From a virus (Duplodnaviria > Caudoviricetes), in the IMG/VR virus record IMGVR_UViG_3300020044_002438, positions 1-53,037 of that record: 53,037 nucleotides of DNA. The stretch is one strand, 5' to 3'. Shown in pieces: positions 16,572 to 26,281 of the stretch. Every line of letters starts with the position of its first letter. Position 1 is the stretch's first letter. The position numbers and the translations under genes were made by a program. The notes beneath the pieces were generated by a model. That model did no database searches, had not been told where the DNA came from, and saw only the letters and a list, made by a program, of their open reading frames with translations.

Positions 16572-19466
16572 ATGAACGCATTAGACTTTATTGATGCCGT
16601 TGTGCCTAGTGGGGGAACCTACTGCATTATCGGCGTCAATCCAACGAAAAAGGAACCCAATCAAAGATTCGCAGACAACTTAGCTGATGTTAAGAAGATA
16701 ATAGAAACAATAGACCAATCTTCTACCAACACCTATTTTGCATTAAGCTCATTCAAGGATAACAGCTCAAGAAAAAAAACCAATGTCAAAGAGATTAAAT
16801 CTTTTTTCCTAGACATTGATATAAGTGCTGACCCTGAAAAGCTTGCTACAAAACAAGCCTATGCTAATAAAGCAGACGCCCTAAGCATTGTTCGTAAATT
16901 TATTGATGACACAGGATTACCATTGCCTGCTGTCGTGGATTCCGGTGGTGGGTGGCATTTGTATTGGATTTTAGATACAGCTATCACTCCTGAAAAATGG
17001 CAACCAATAGCAGACTTATTTAAACAGCTGTGCTTAAAATCGGGGTTACATATTGACCCACGAGTGCCAGCGGATAGCGCGCGCGTGTTACGCGTTGTCG
17101 GTACGAACAACACCAAATACGGTGTTGAGGCTAAGTTCCTTAAGGGCATTGAAATCCCTAGGCCTATTGCCTTAACCCAGTTTGAATCTCCCGTGCGCGC
17201 GAGTTGTGCAGAGCGTGGGATTAGTGAAGTTATCGCTAGACCAAAAATCAAATTCGAGATGGACGCCACAACTGCCCATCTAGCTGGCAATAAAGCCAAG
17301 AAATTCTCAACCATTGCGATTAAAAGTCTCAAGGGTGAGGGCTGCATGCAAATCAAAAGCATGCTAGAAAAGCCTAACTCAGTTCACTACGACTTGTGGT
17401 GCGCGGGTTTATCAATAGCGAATGTATGTGATGATGGCGATGTTGCTATCCACAAATTATCAAAGGGGCATGATGGCTACACTTTTGAAGCAACCGAAGA
17501 CAAGGCTCTTGAGTTTAACAACGGTCCGCGAACATGCGGGTGGTTTCAAGATAATTTTCCTCATGGATGTACCGGCTGCAAACATGCAGGTCAAATCGCC
17601 ACCCCTGTTAAATTAGGTGAATATGTTGCTGAATCAACTGCCGAAGAAATCATTCTCCCTAATCAGGTAGCTGCACCAGCAGTGGTGCCCGAGAGCACGT
17701 CTGCTATATCTAACTTAGTCACCGACGAAGCGCCGAAGGCATACAAGATACCTAAACTACCATTTCCATATTTCCGTGGACTAGAGGGCGGTATCTATAA
17801 GAAAGTAAAGGGCGAGGACGGAGAATCTGAAGACGATGTAGTTTACCTCAATGACTTGTTTGTTACTAAGCGGGTTAAGGATGTGAACGAGGGTGAGGTC
17901 TTAATACTAAACCTTATCATGCCACAGGACGGGTTAATTGAGTTTGCTATCCCATTAAAGAGTATAGCGTCGATTGATAAATTACGTGATGCGCTAGCCT
18001 TTCATGGGGTAGCCGTTACTTACAGGAAACAAATGGAGTCTATCTTGGCTTATATAGTTACAGCTAACAACGAACTACAACGGTTCACAAAAATAGAAAT
18101 GTCTCGCCCTAATTTCGGGTGGCATGATAACGCATCAGTATTTGTTCTTGGTAAACGTGAGATTACACCTAAGGGTACAAACTATAGCGCGCCATCAACA
18201 AAAACAGCATCACTAGCTGGGTACATGGAACCTACTGGGAACTATGAGGAATGGAAAATTGTGCGTGATGTGCTAGGTCGTAAAGGCTGGGAATACCATC
18301 AGCTAGGAGCATTGATTGCGTTTGGTGCGCCACTTATGGAGTTCACGTCTGAGTCAGGTATGATGTTTAACTTCGTGAGCGAGAACGCTGGTACAGGTAA
18401 GACGCTAGTACAACACTTCATCAACTCTGTGTACGGTAATTCTAAATACATGATGATGCGTAGGAGCGATACATTAAACTCACGTTACGACCGACTAGGG
18501 GTGCACTGCAATCTACCGCTTTGCTTTGACGAGCTGACCAACCTAACAGCACCGGAGACATCAGAACTGTCATACAGTATATCTGAGGGCCGCGCCAAGA
18601 ATCGTTTAGAGGCCAGCGCTAACAAAGAGCGCGTTAATACTGCATGGTGGAAAACACTTGTAGCTGTATCATCTAATGCATCTATGGTAGATAAACTAAC
18701 AACAACTAAATCAATGGCTGACGGTGAGCTGCATCGGGTTATGGAGTTTCCGTTTGAGAAGCCTGAAGAGCTAGACCCTGACTTCGCACAAAACCTAGTC
18801 ACGATACTAATGCAAAACTATGGGCATGCAGGCGATATCTATATGAAGGCAGTTGTTAAAGATATCGTAGGGACAAAAACGCTACAAACTAAAGTGCGTA
18901 AAATCCTTAACCGTGAGCTAGGTTCTTTATCAAGTGAACGGGTGTGGGTATCAGGCTTTTGTAGCATGATTGCTGGCGGGTACATCGCTAAGTCATTAGG
19001 TGTTATCGACTGGGATATTGATGCCTTGTTTAAGTTATCTATGGAAATTATCCGTGACAAGCGTGGTGAGGCGGCGGCTGAGAAGGTTAGCTTCAATACT
19101 GTCATCGGTGAATTCTTATCAGAGAACAAAGGCGCAATCCTTCAAATCAATGGCAATGCAGACGCCCGTAGTGGTATTGAGCAAGCACCTATCTTTAACC
19201 CGAACATCAGGATTGTGGGCAGGTATGAGCCCGATAAGATGCAGTTGTTCTTACTACAAAGTACCTTTAAAGAGTTCTGCGTCAAACGTCAAATACCGTA
19301 CAACTCGGCTATTACTGGCGTTACTGACGGCATGAAGTTCTTAGGTAAAAAGAATGTACGTATTATGAAAGGCACAGGTATCGACGCACCATCAGTTCCG
19401 GTGTTGTGGTATCAAGGCAATCTTGGATTAACAGTTACGGAGGCAGACCATGAACATAGTACTTAG
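16572..19466 (+). CDS. primase-helicase (RepB/AEP-like primase, Zn-binding region, DUF927 helicase)
   Basis: FFLDID, SGGGWHLYW and D.ARVLRV primase motifs; C...C..C.H; GTGKT Walker A and FDE Walker B. Confidence 0.88.
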   Translation: MNALDFIDAVVPSGGTYCIIGVNPTKKEPNQRFADNLADVKKIIETIDQSSTNTYFALSSFKDNSSRKKTNVKEIKSFFLDIDISADPEKLATKQAYANKADALSIVRKFIDDTGLPLPAVVDSGGGWHLYWILDTAITPEKWQPIADLFKQLCLKSGLHIDPRVPADSARVLRVVGTNNTKYGVEAKFLKGIEIPRPIALTQFESPVRASCAERGISEVIARPKIKFEMDATTAHLAGNKAKKFSTIAIKSLKGEGCMQIKSMLEKPNSVHYDLWCAGLSIANVCDDGDVAIHKLSKGHDGYTFEATEDKALEFNNGPRTCGWFQDNFPHGCTGCKHAGQIATPVKLGEYVAESTAEEIILPNQVAAPAVVPESTSAISNLVTDEAPKAYKIPKLPFPYFRGLEGGIYKKVKGEDGESEDDVVYLNDLFVTKRVKDVNEGEVLILNLIMPQDGLIEFAIPLKSIASIDKLRDALAFHGVAVTYRKQMESILAYIVTANNELQRFTKIEMSRPNFGWHDNASVFVLGKREITPKGTNYSAPSTKTASLAGYMEPTGNYEEWKIVRDVLGRKGWEYHQLGALIAFGAPLMEFTSESGMMFNFVSENAGTGKTLVQHFINSVYGNSKYMMMRRSDTLNSRYDRLGVHCNLPLCFDELTNLTAPETSELSYSISEGRAKNRLEASANKERVNTAWWKTLVAVSSNASMVDKLTTTKSMADGELHRVMEFPFEKPEELDPDFAQNLVTILMQNYGHAGDIYMKAVVKDIVGTKTLQTKVRKILNRELGSLSSERVWVSGFCSMIAGGYIAKSLGVIDWDIDALFKLSMEIIRDKRGEAAAEKVSFNTVIGEFLSENKGAILQINGNADARSGIEQAPIFNPNIRIVGRYEPDKMQLFLLQSTFKEFCVKRQIPYNSAITGVTDGMKFLGKKNVRIMKGTGIDAPSVPVLWYQGNLGLTVTEADHEHST

Positions 19467-19893
19467 AGAGACAGGCGATAGTTTTGGGTATACTGACCCA
19501 GACTTTATGTCTAAAATTAATGACGAATATACAAAACGAATGGTTGCTAAGTTATTGGGAGAAGATATAGAAGTAGCATACTCTTGGCCAATAATGCGAC
19601 GTAATGATGAAGACGGGGATTCTAACCACAGGCTTACCATGATACATGGGTTCATGATGGGGGAGCTAAACTTAGATTATAAGGAGGTAAGGGCTAGTCC
19701 ACTATTAGGAATGTATGACCATAAAGGGCTATTAACCTCAGTTTGGCAAGGACCTATCGACTTAAAATATGTTGCTGCTATCCATCACGGATGGGAAAGG
19801 TGGTATGAGGATGCGCATTATGTAGTCAGTTTTGGTGGACTTGATGAACTTGATTCGGAAACGTTTGTAGTCGGATATGAAACAGCCGATTGA
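19450..19893 (+). CDS. hypothetical protein
   Basis: 147-aa ORF with GGAGG RBS, overlapping both neighbours. Confidence 0.6.
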   Translation: MNIVLRETGDSFGYTDPDFMSKINDEYTKRMVAKLLGEDIEVAYSWPIMRRNDEDGDSNHRLTMIHGFMMGELNLDYKEVRASPLLGMYDHKGLLTSVWQGPIDLKYVAAIHHGWERWYEDAHYVVSFGGLDELDSETFVVGYETAD

Positions 19894-20065
19894 GTTACCT
19901 ATAAGTAGCATGATGGTGGGGGATAGTTTCTTTGTCCCCTGTGTTGATGAGACGGAAGTTAAAAACGAGGCTAGAAAGATTGCGCGCCAGTATAAATATA
20001 GGTTGCGCATGGAAAGCGTAGTTTATAATACATTATTTGGTGTTAGGGTATGGCGGATTGAATAA
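19877..20065 (+). CDS. small conserved phage protein (putative DNA-binding)
   Basis: M.VGDSFFVP...GVRVWRI family motif. Confidence 0.75.
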   Translation: MKQPIELPISSMMVGDSFFVPCVDETEVKNEARKIARQYKYRLRMESVVYNTLFGVRVWRIE

Positions 20066-20070
20066 CACAG

Positions 20071-20079
20071 TGCTATAAT
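20071..20079 (+). promoter_or_regulatory. extended -10 promoter
   Basis: TGcTATAAT right after the last early gene, with no credible ORF downstream. Confidence 0.6.
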
Positions 20080-20085
20080 TCTCCT

Positions 20086-20154
20086 GCACTTAAAACGTGC
20101 TCATTCTCCGTGTAGTGATTAAAGTCCCCGGCCTCCCCCGCTGGGGATTTTTTT
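20086..20154 (+). ncRNA. candidate ~70-nt small RNA
   Basis: Lies between the extended -10 and the terminator; 5' hairpin GCAC/GTGC, single-stranded UCAUUCUCC, C-rich terminator loop. Confidence 0.5.
20121..20154. terminator. intrinsic terminator, probably bidirectional, at the early/late convergence
   Basis: Stem TCCCCGGC/GCTGGGGA, T7 tail on +, AAAG on the other side. Confidence 0.85.
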
Positions 20155-23100
20155 ATTCCTCTTCTAACTGGTCTTTCATTTTAACAATACGCTTACCAAT
20201 CAAGTTTCTTTCTCTTTCAGCAATCTTATCTAACGCTTCACGTTTCTCTGCGCCAGTCAGTGTGCTAGTTGGGCTCATGACACGATGCTTAGCTTTACGG
20301 GTAATCTCAAGCTGGTTGTTGATTGCATTAAGTTGTGGAACAAGGCGCAGTTCAGCCGCATGCTCTTTTTGGTACTCTCTTGCTCTTTCATAATCCCCTT
20401 CACTACGGTATTTTAATAGTGCTTGATGGATTGGCATTACTTTGTTACGCAAGTCATAGTAGTCATTTTTACGTTGGCTACCTTCAGTATCATAGAACGC
20501 CGCACCAACCTCAGGGATTTGGCTTAGTTTAACATCGGGGCGCTCTTCACCTGATACGCTACCTGCAATCCAGTTAGTTAAGAACACCGCATCTTGACCC
20601 ACAGTACCGAATGTACCGCGAAGTACGTTATCAATCTTAATTGGGCTGATTGAATCACCAAACATATCCATACCTAGGTCACTTATAAACTTAGCGGCTT
20701 CAGATGATTGCCCTTCAACATACTGCTCATTAGCTGGCAAGTTTTGTAGGGTAGGGCTTACCAACGCGCGGTCATTAAAGAACGAGTAATTAGTTATGTT
20801 CTCTAGCATAGGAGTCACGATTGTAGGCATCATGTCTGTTGGAGTGATGAGCATGTTACGCAACCCAGCACCAATTGCTTTACGCGCTTTAGCACCATCC
20901 TCAAACTCTTGGTCTGTTAACAATCTATAGGTATGCTCAGACGCTGCTTTAAGTGCAAGGTACTCAGGTGCGACAGGTATTTTTAATGGGATACCACCAG
21001 CATCGATTAGGAAGTTACGATTGCGGACTTCATCATTTGCATTTTCATAATCTTCATCACCGCTACGTGTCATCGCATATACAGCGGTCAATGTGGCAAA
21101 CTTACCTACCTTCATTGCAAGCATTTTACGGGCTTGTTCTTTTGTAATTCCTGGGATGTTACCCTTTAATGCATCTACTAAACGCCAGTCAGATTGAATA
21201 CGTGCGTTAATAAACGGTACTGAAGACATCATCATACGAGCAAACGCAGAAGTACCTTTGTGGTTAAAGTTAATCATCATCTGTGCACGAAGCGCCGCTT
21301 CTTTTCTAAGCACATCCATATCAGTGCGACCTTCTTTTACCCCTTGCGCAATCACTGAATCATACACAGTAGCACGAGCTGACAAGTCACTGTTTCGGGC
21401 TATACGCTCACCGCGCTCAAGTACAGACTCTGCCTTACCTAGCCATGTATCGTTATGGGTGCCCATCAAATGCTGAATCATGCGGTCAAAACCTTCTTGG
21501 ATATCCACTTGACCAACAATACCATGACGACCTAACTCTTTAGCTTTCTCAGAATCATTTAATAAGTTCTTACCCTGATGGCTGATAGAGGATGCCAATG
21601 TTTTTGCAAAGCTATGTTCACCACCTGACTGCATCCATGTACGCTCAGCATCGGCCCACATCTGACGGTATGCAAATGATGGAGTAATAGTAACCCCGCG
21701 ACGTAATGTGCCGGTAACGGCACGAGCTAAGTTCAGCGCGCCACTTTGGAATATTGGGGCAGAGATAAATACCGCCGCATCGTTAGGGTTATCTACTTGG
21801 AAGCGCTCAATCACACCATCTTTAAGGACTGAGAATACGTTCTTACCATTAGCTTGCCCGCCTTTAACCCAACGACCAAGGCCCACTTCACTAAACTCTT
21901 CAGCTAAGCGCAATGCGGTATGGTTGCGCATCATACGTTGACCTAACCACATTTGATTCTTAACGATGTTTTCCATTGGGTCGCCGACATCAAAGTCTTC
22001 TGTTTTAAATCCCAATTTCTGTTCACGTACAGCGGCAGTTAAGTTGTTCATGAATACCGCGTCCATACCCTCACTGTCTGTGATACGATATAAAGGTAAG
22101 TATTCTGCACGGTCTAACCACTCATCTGCTTGCTTTTCAGTTTTTAATCCTGACTTAATAAGTGTGTCGCGGTTGTTTTTACGAATCACGTTGTACATGT
22201 CACGCCACTCTTTAAACTCTGCTGCATACTCTTTCTGAAGTTCTTTACCCCATTTGTATGACGCGTCAGTAAACTCGGCTGGTGTTTTAATGTTCTTATC
22301 TTTAAGTTCTTTATAGCGGTCAGCGTAGGCCATAGTCTTTTTAGCCTGCTCAATCATGCCAGCGGACATACCTTTAGATTTCATGGCTTCATCGATAGCT
22401 TTCCATTTACCGGCTAGCTGAGGGATATTGTTAACTTTGTCGATACCTACATCAAAGAACCCTTTATTATCAATACGAACATAACCTTCTTTCATTGCCT
22501 GAATGATAAAGTTCATCGAGTTTAAAGTATGCTGCATTAACATCGTGCCGCGAATCTTGTTCGTAGTCTTGGTGTAGAAACTTTCAGGGCCGTAGTATGC
22601 ATTGGCCTTGCGGTGCGCTGAGAACAAAGGACCAACCATCTTGTTACCGATAGTATCCAACATCCCACGCAACTTACCCGTGTCTGCATTAGCATAGTTC
22701 TTCATAGCCTGAGCAAAGGTTTCTTTTGGTGGGGTCTTGAATACAGTGTACCCTTTAGCCTTCATGGCGGCTTCTTCACCTGCGGATAACTTGGACTGAG
22801 AATCAAACTGCTGGTTACGTGGACCCATCTCACCTTCACGACCCATTTCTAATCGGGCTGCGCCATGCACTACATCAACTAAATCTTGTGCACTAAAGTC
22901 TTTAATATTCAGGTGGAGTTTCTCTAGCGCTTTGTTGATAGAGTTCCATAAGTTTGTAATCCAAGTCTTAGTTAGTTTGGATGGTTCTTCAGTTTTACCG
23001 CCCGGAATAATCTTATGCTCATTAATAGCAATCTCAGAGAAGTAGGCAATCAGTTCTTTATTAGCCTTTTCGCCCTCCATACCCTCAATGCGTTTTAAAG

Positions 23101-26100
23101 CTTTCTTAGCAATGATGACATCTAACTTCCCGCCTTGCCCATTAGCCATATCACGAACACGGTTTGATAGCATGGTTACACGGTCTTTTCCTATTAAGTT
23201 ATCAAGACCTTTATGCTCGCCAATCTCATGTAAGATAACCCCTAGCTCATTTCCTTTAGGGATGTTTTTTGTAAAGAAATATACTGACCCATCACGACCA
23301 AAGTACAGGGCCTTACTCTTATCAAATTCAGCTTTAGTTTTTTCAGGTAGGTCTGTATCAGCAATAGTTTCCGAAATACGCACTGCGCCATTCTTAAGCG
23401 CGCGAGCCAACCATACTGGGTTAAACCAATCTTTAATTGTTTGCTCCATTGCATCAACGGTCGTAGGCTCTTTAGCTTCTTTAGGTGCGCGCTCGCCTTT
23501 ACGTTTGCCCTTTGATTCAAGGATATCCTTACCCATCAGTCTTTCGCCGTAGGTTACATCCGTATCCCCTGCTTTTATCGCGGCTTCCAATAATTCTTTA
23601 TTTGCTTTTTGGGTTTCTTCTATTTTTGCATCAAGTTGTTTAACTAAGTCTTCCGTTTTTGCCTTGTATATAGGAGCTGATTTTTTAGTTTCACCTTTAA
23701 TAAAATCATTGGCTTCTTTTACACGAGCCTGTACGTTAGCTTCCCAATCGTTAAAGTTTCTAGCGTCAGGTTTGGCTTGGTTTAATTCTGCTAATGTATC
23801 GCGCAATTCTTCAGGAAGCTCAATTTTATTTTTAGCCATTGTTCGGGCAACTTCAAAAATAGCGTTCTTGCGCGCAGTGATAGTTTCTTTTAGTGTAGCT
23901 TTTTCTGCAGCCACATTTCCTTTATCTCGTCCTGCGTTTCTAACAGGTACTCCAGCAACATCTCCCAATGCTCCTGCTCCAGCTCTTCCAGTTTTGGGGG
24001 TAACGGCAGCTGGTTGTCTTGCAGGCACTTCCATGCTTGGCTCACTTCTTGGTCGCTCAGCGACACCACCGACTGGTCCACTTTCATCACTACGCACGGC
24101 TTTGGTTGAGGGTTTTCCTGAGATTGGGGTAAAGAGATTTCCTTGTCCTGGGATTTCATTTACTACTCCTTCGCCTGCTTGTTCTTTAGATAAAACCGCT
24201 GGGACAAACTGTTCTTGGCTCGCTGCAGCTTCTTCATTTGCTTTAAGTATTTCTTCAGCTTTTGGTTTTTGGCGTTCCAAATAGAACTTATCAGCTTCAA
24301 GTTGTTGCTGTTCTGTTTTATATCTCGCTTCTTCAGCAAGCTGCTGCGCTCTAAAATCTTCTCGATTGACGCCTTCAGGTAGTGTAGTTTCCAACTGCGT
24401 CATTTTTTGTTCAGCGGTAAGTTCAGGCTCTGCGGGGATTTCTTTAGTTCTTGCAGCTTCTTGGCGTGCTTGGTCTTCTAAGTATGCTTTACGTAACTCA
24501 GGTGTTTTCAATGAAGCTAGCTTGATTCGTTGCTCATTTTCAGCAATTTGTGCTTTGGTTATCGCCGCTTCTTCCGCATGTTTTCTATCAAGTACACGAT
24601 TAAAATCAGCTTCATCAGCAATGCGCTGAACACGTTTAGCCTCGCTTACAGTCGTAGGATGGTTTGCAATAGCATCATCAAGTAGTGTTGCCATGTGGTC
24701 AAGTTTATTGATGTCACGTTTAGGCGTGGTGCTATCTGCGGCTTTCTCATCCACTGTCTGACGCATTGCTTGTAATTCTTCGAGCGGTACTTCTAACAAC
24801 TTAGATGTAGTAGGTACACCAATCTCACGCAAGTCTTCAAGAGCTTCAATCTGCCCTACGTATTTTTGTTGTTCTTCATTTAGTTTGTTATAGGAAGTGT
24901 CTTTTTGTTTGAACTTCTGCATGTACTGTTGGAGTTGTGGGCGTAATGCTTGCTTCTCTTCTTCAGTATAGTTCTTGTTGGCTTTTAAATCTTTAAGGAA
25001 TGCTTTAGTCCCTTCAAGCGTATTTAATGCTTGAATATCAGGATGGTCTTCGATTGATTTGCCGATGCGTTCAGCTAACCCAGTTTCTTTTAATATGCTG
25101 GCAGTCTGTGCTTTTCTTGCGCCGAGTTCTTCATAGACTTTTGCATAGGTCGTATCCAACTGGCGCAACCCTTCTAGGTCAGCAGCTCGTTGTTCTGCTA
25201 TATCAATCGCATCTTGTTCTTGGCGCAGTTGTGCCGCACGCTGCTCGGCTGCGGTAGTTAGTTTTCCTTCTGCTACCCCACGGTCTGAACCATGCATAGC
25301 TGCAAAGAACGGTGATAATAGCCCTGCTGTTTTTGCTGCCTCACCTACTTCACCTAGGCTCATCATGTCTTGGCCAGCTTGCGCACGGCGGATAGACTCA
25401 GTACCGACCATCATGCCAGTACCAGCAGCCGTATTAGCGGCCATAGCTCTTAGATATTGTGGGAGTTTGCCAGCTAGCTGGGCTGCGGCTTCTTCGCGTG
25501 TAAGTTCACCAGAAAGAACTTTTGGAACTAGTGTCTTTTCTGCAACGGGCGCTAATTGTGGAACTAACTTATTAATGTATTTCGTGCCGGGGAATCCAAA
25601 GCCAACGAGCGCAGCTTCAGGAATTGTTGCAAGTGCAGCGGCAGTTAGATTGATTGCTTCATTGGGATGTGCTTGTTCTTGGGCTTGGATGTTGTACCCC
25701 ATTTCAGCAGGGGCTGCGACAGCAGATGTTGTAGCTGCGCCCATTAAAGCTTTTCTTGCGGCATTAGCTGCAGTAGCAGCGGCCAGTTGTTCGCCAGTTA
25801 ATCCTGCTAATGCAACGCCACCAAGAGCTTCAGGGGCTAACATACCAGCAGCAATAGGCGCACCATATCCACCAACGATACCACCACCCGGCTCAGCTAT
25901 GTTTTTGCGTAACCACTTACCAGCGGTTGACATCATGCCTTGGGCATTAGCTACATCTTCTTCGGTTGTTGGCTCAAACTCGGTTTGGGCTTTTAACTCA
26001 TTCTCTTTAGCCCATTGTTTGAGCTTATCGCTACCAGTTACTTCACCAATAGCACGTTCAGCTGCGCCTAATGAACCATGAAACCCTGCCTTAGTAGCAG

Positions 26101-26257
26101 CAACAAAACCTGTTTTCTTCTCATGTTCTTTCTGTGCTGCAGCTTGTTCCGCTTGGCGATAGGTAATAGCATCAATTACTTGCTCGCGTGATGCCCCTTC
26201 AGGACCGTCAATAGAGTATGTTTTTCCATCAGGCCCCGCAATAGAATATGTTGGCAT
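20153..26257 (-). CDS. large internal virion/ejection protein (polyvalent: zincin-like HExxH region, LPD38-like C-terminus)
   Basis: 2034 aa; N-terminal GPDGKTYSIDGPEGA, ILHEIGEH, and a C-terminal region with VPFINARIQ, P.LENITNYSFF..R and SPIKIDN..RG.FG. Confidence 0.8.
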   Translation of the reverse strand: MPTYSIAGPDGKTYSIDGPEGASREQVIDAITYRQAEQAAAQKEHEKKTGFVAATKAGFHGSLGAAERAIGEVTGSDKLKQWAKENELKAQTEFEPTTEEDVANAQGMMSTAGKWLRKNIAEPGGGIVGGYGAPIAAGMLAPEALGGVALAGLTGEQLAAATAANAARKALMGAATTSAVAAPAEMGYNIQAQEQAHPNEAINLTAAALATIPEAALVGFGFPGTKYINKLVPQLAPVAEKTLVPKVLSGELTREEAAAQLAGKLPQYLRAMAANTAAGTGMMVGTESIRRAQAGQDMMSLGEVGEAAKTAGLLSPFFAAMHGSDRGVAEGKLTTAAEQRAAQLRQEQDAIDIAEQRAADLEGLRQLDTTYAKVYEELGARKAQTASILKETGLAERIGKSIEDHPDIQALNTLEGTKAFLKDLKANKNYTEEEKQALRPQLQQYMQKFKQKDTSYNKLNEEQQKYVGQIEALEDLREIGVPTTSKLLEVPLEELQAMRQTVDEKAADSTTPKRDINKLDHMATLLDDAIANHPTTVSEAKRVQRIADEADFNRVLDRKHAEEAAITKAQIAENEQRIKLASLKTPELRKAYLEDQARQEAARTKEIPAEPELTAEQKMTQLETTLPEGVNREDFRAQQLAEEARYKTEQQQLEADKFYLERQKPKAEEILKANEEAAASQEQFVPAVLSKEQAGEGVVNEIPGQGNLFTPISGKPSTKAVRSDESGPVGGVAERPRSEPSMEVPARQPAAVTPKTGRAGAGALGDVAGVPVRNAGRDKGNVAAEKATLKETITARKNAIFEVARTMAKNKIELPEELRDTLAELNQAKPDARNFNDWEANVQARVKEANDFIKGETKKSAPIYKAKTEDLVKQLDAKIEETQKANKELLEAAIKAGDTDVTYGERLMGKDILESKGKRKGERAPKEAKEPTTVDAMEQTIKDWFNPVWLARALKNGAVRISETIADTDLPEKTKAEFDKSKALYFGRDGSVYFFTKNIPKGNELGVILHEIGEHKGLDNLIGKDRVTMLSNRVRDMANGQGGKLDVIIAKKALKRIEGMEGEKANKELIAYFSEIAINEHKIIPGGKTEEPSKLTKTWITNLWNSINKALEKLHLNIKDFSAQDLVDVVHGAARLEMGREGEMGPRNQQFDSQSKLSAGEEAAMKAKGYTVFKTPPKETFAQAMKNYANADTGKLRGMLDTIGNKMVGPLFSAHRKANAYYGPESFYTKTTNKIRGTMLMQHTLNSMNFIIQAMKEGYVRIDNKGFFDVGIDKVNNIPQLAGKWKAIDEAMKSKGMSAGMIEQAKKTMAYADRYKELKDKNIKTPAEFTDASYKWGKELQKEYAAEFKEWRDMYNVIRKNNRDTLIKSGLKTEKQADEWLDRAEYLPLYRITDSEGMDAVFMNNLTAAVREQKLGFKTEDFDVGDPMENIVKNQMWLGQRMMRNHTALRLAEEFSEVGLGRWVKGGQANGKNVFSVLKDGVIERFQVDNPNDAAVFISAPIFQSGALNLARAVTGTLRRGVTITPSFAYRQMWADAERTWMQSGGEHSFAKTLASSISHQGKNLLNDSEKAKELGRHGIVGQVDIQEGFDRMIQHLMGTHNDTWLGKAESVLERGERIARNSDLSARATVYDSVIAQGVKEGRTDMDVLRKEAALRAQMMINFNHKGTSAFARMMMSSVPFINARIQSDWRLVDALKGNIPGITKEQARKMLAMKVGKFATLTAVYAMTRSGDEDYENANDEVRNRNFLIDAGGIPLKIPVAPEYLALKAASEHTYRLLTDQEFEDGAKARKAIGAGLRNMLITPTDMMPTIVTPMLENITNYSFFNDRALVSPTLQNLPANEQYVEGQSSEAAKFISDLGMDMFGDSISPIKIDNVLRGTFGTVGQDAVFLTNWIAGSVSGEERPDVKLSQIPEVGAAFYDTEGSQRKNDYYDLRNKVMPIHQALLKYRSEGDYERAREYQKEHAAELRLVPQLNAINNQLEITRKAKHRVMSPTSTLTGAEKREALDKIAERERNLIGKRIVKMKDQLEEE

Positions 26258-26281
26258 TACACTTCCTTATTTATTTTGTAC

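Noticed and set aside
20097-20393. 98-aa + strand ORF after the extended -10 promoter
   Set aside because: No RBS, it runs through a strong terminator, and it is antisense to the 2034-aa gene.
23088-26081. Long + strand ORFs (154, 206 and 238 aa) opposite the large ejection gene, and similar shadow ORFs elsewhere
   Set aside because: Antisense shadows of real genes with biased codon usage; no RBS or recognisable motifs.
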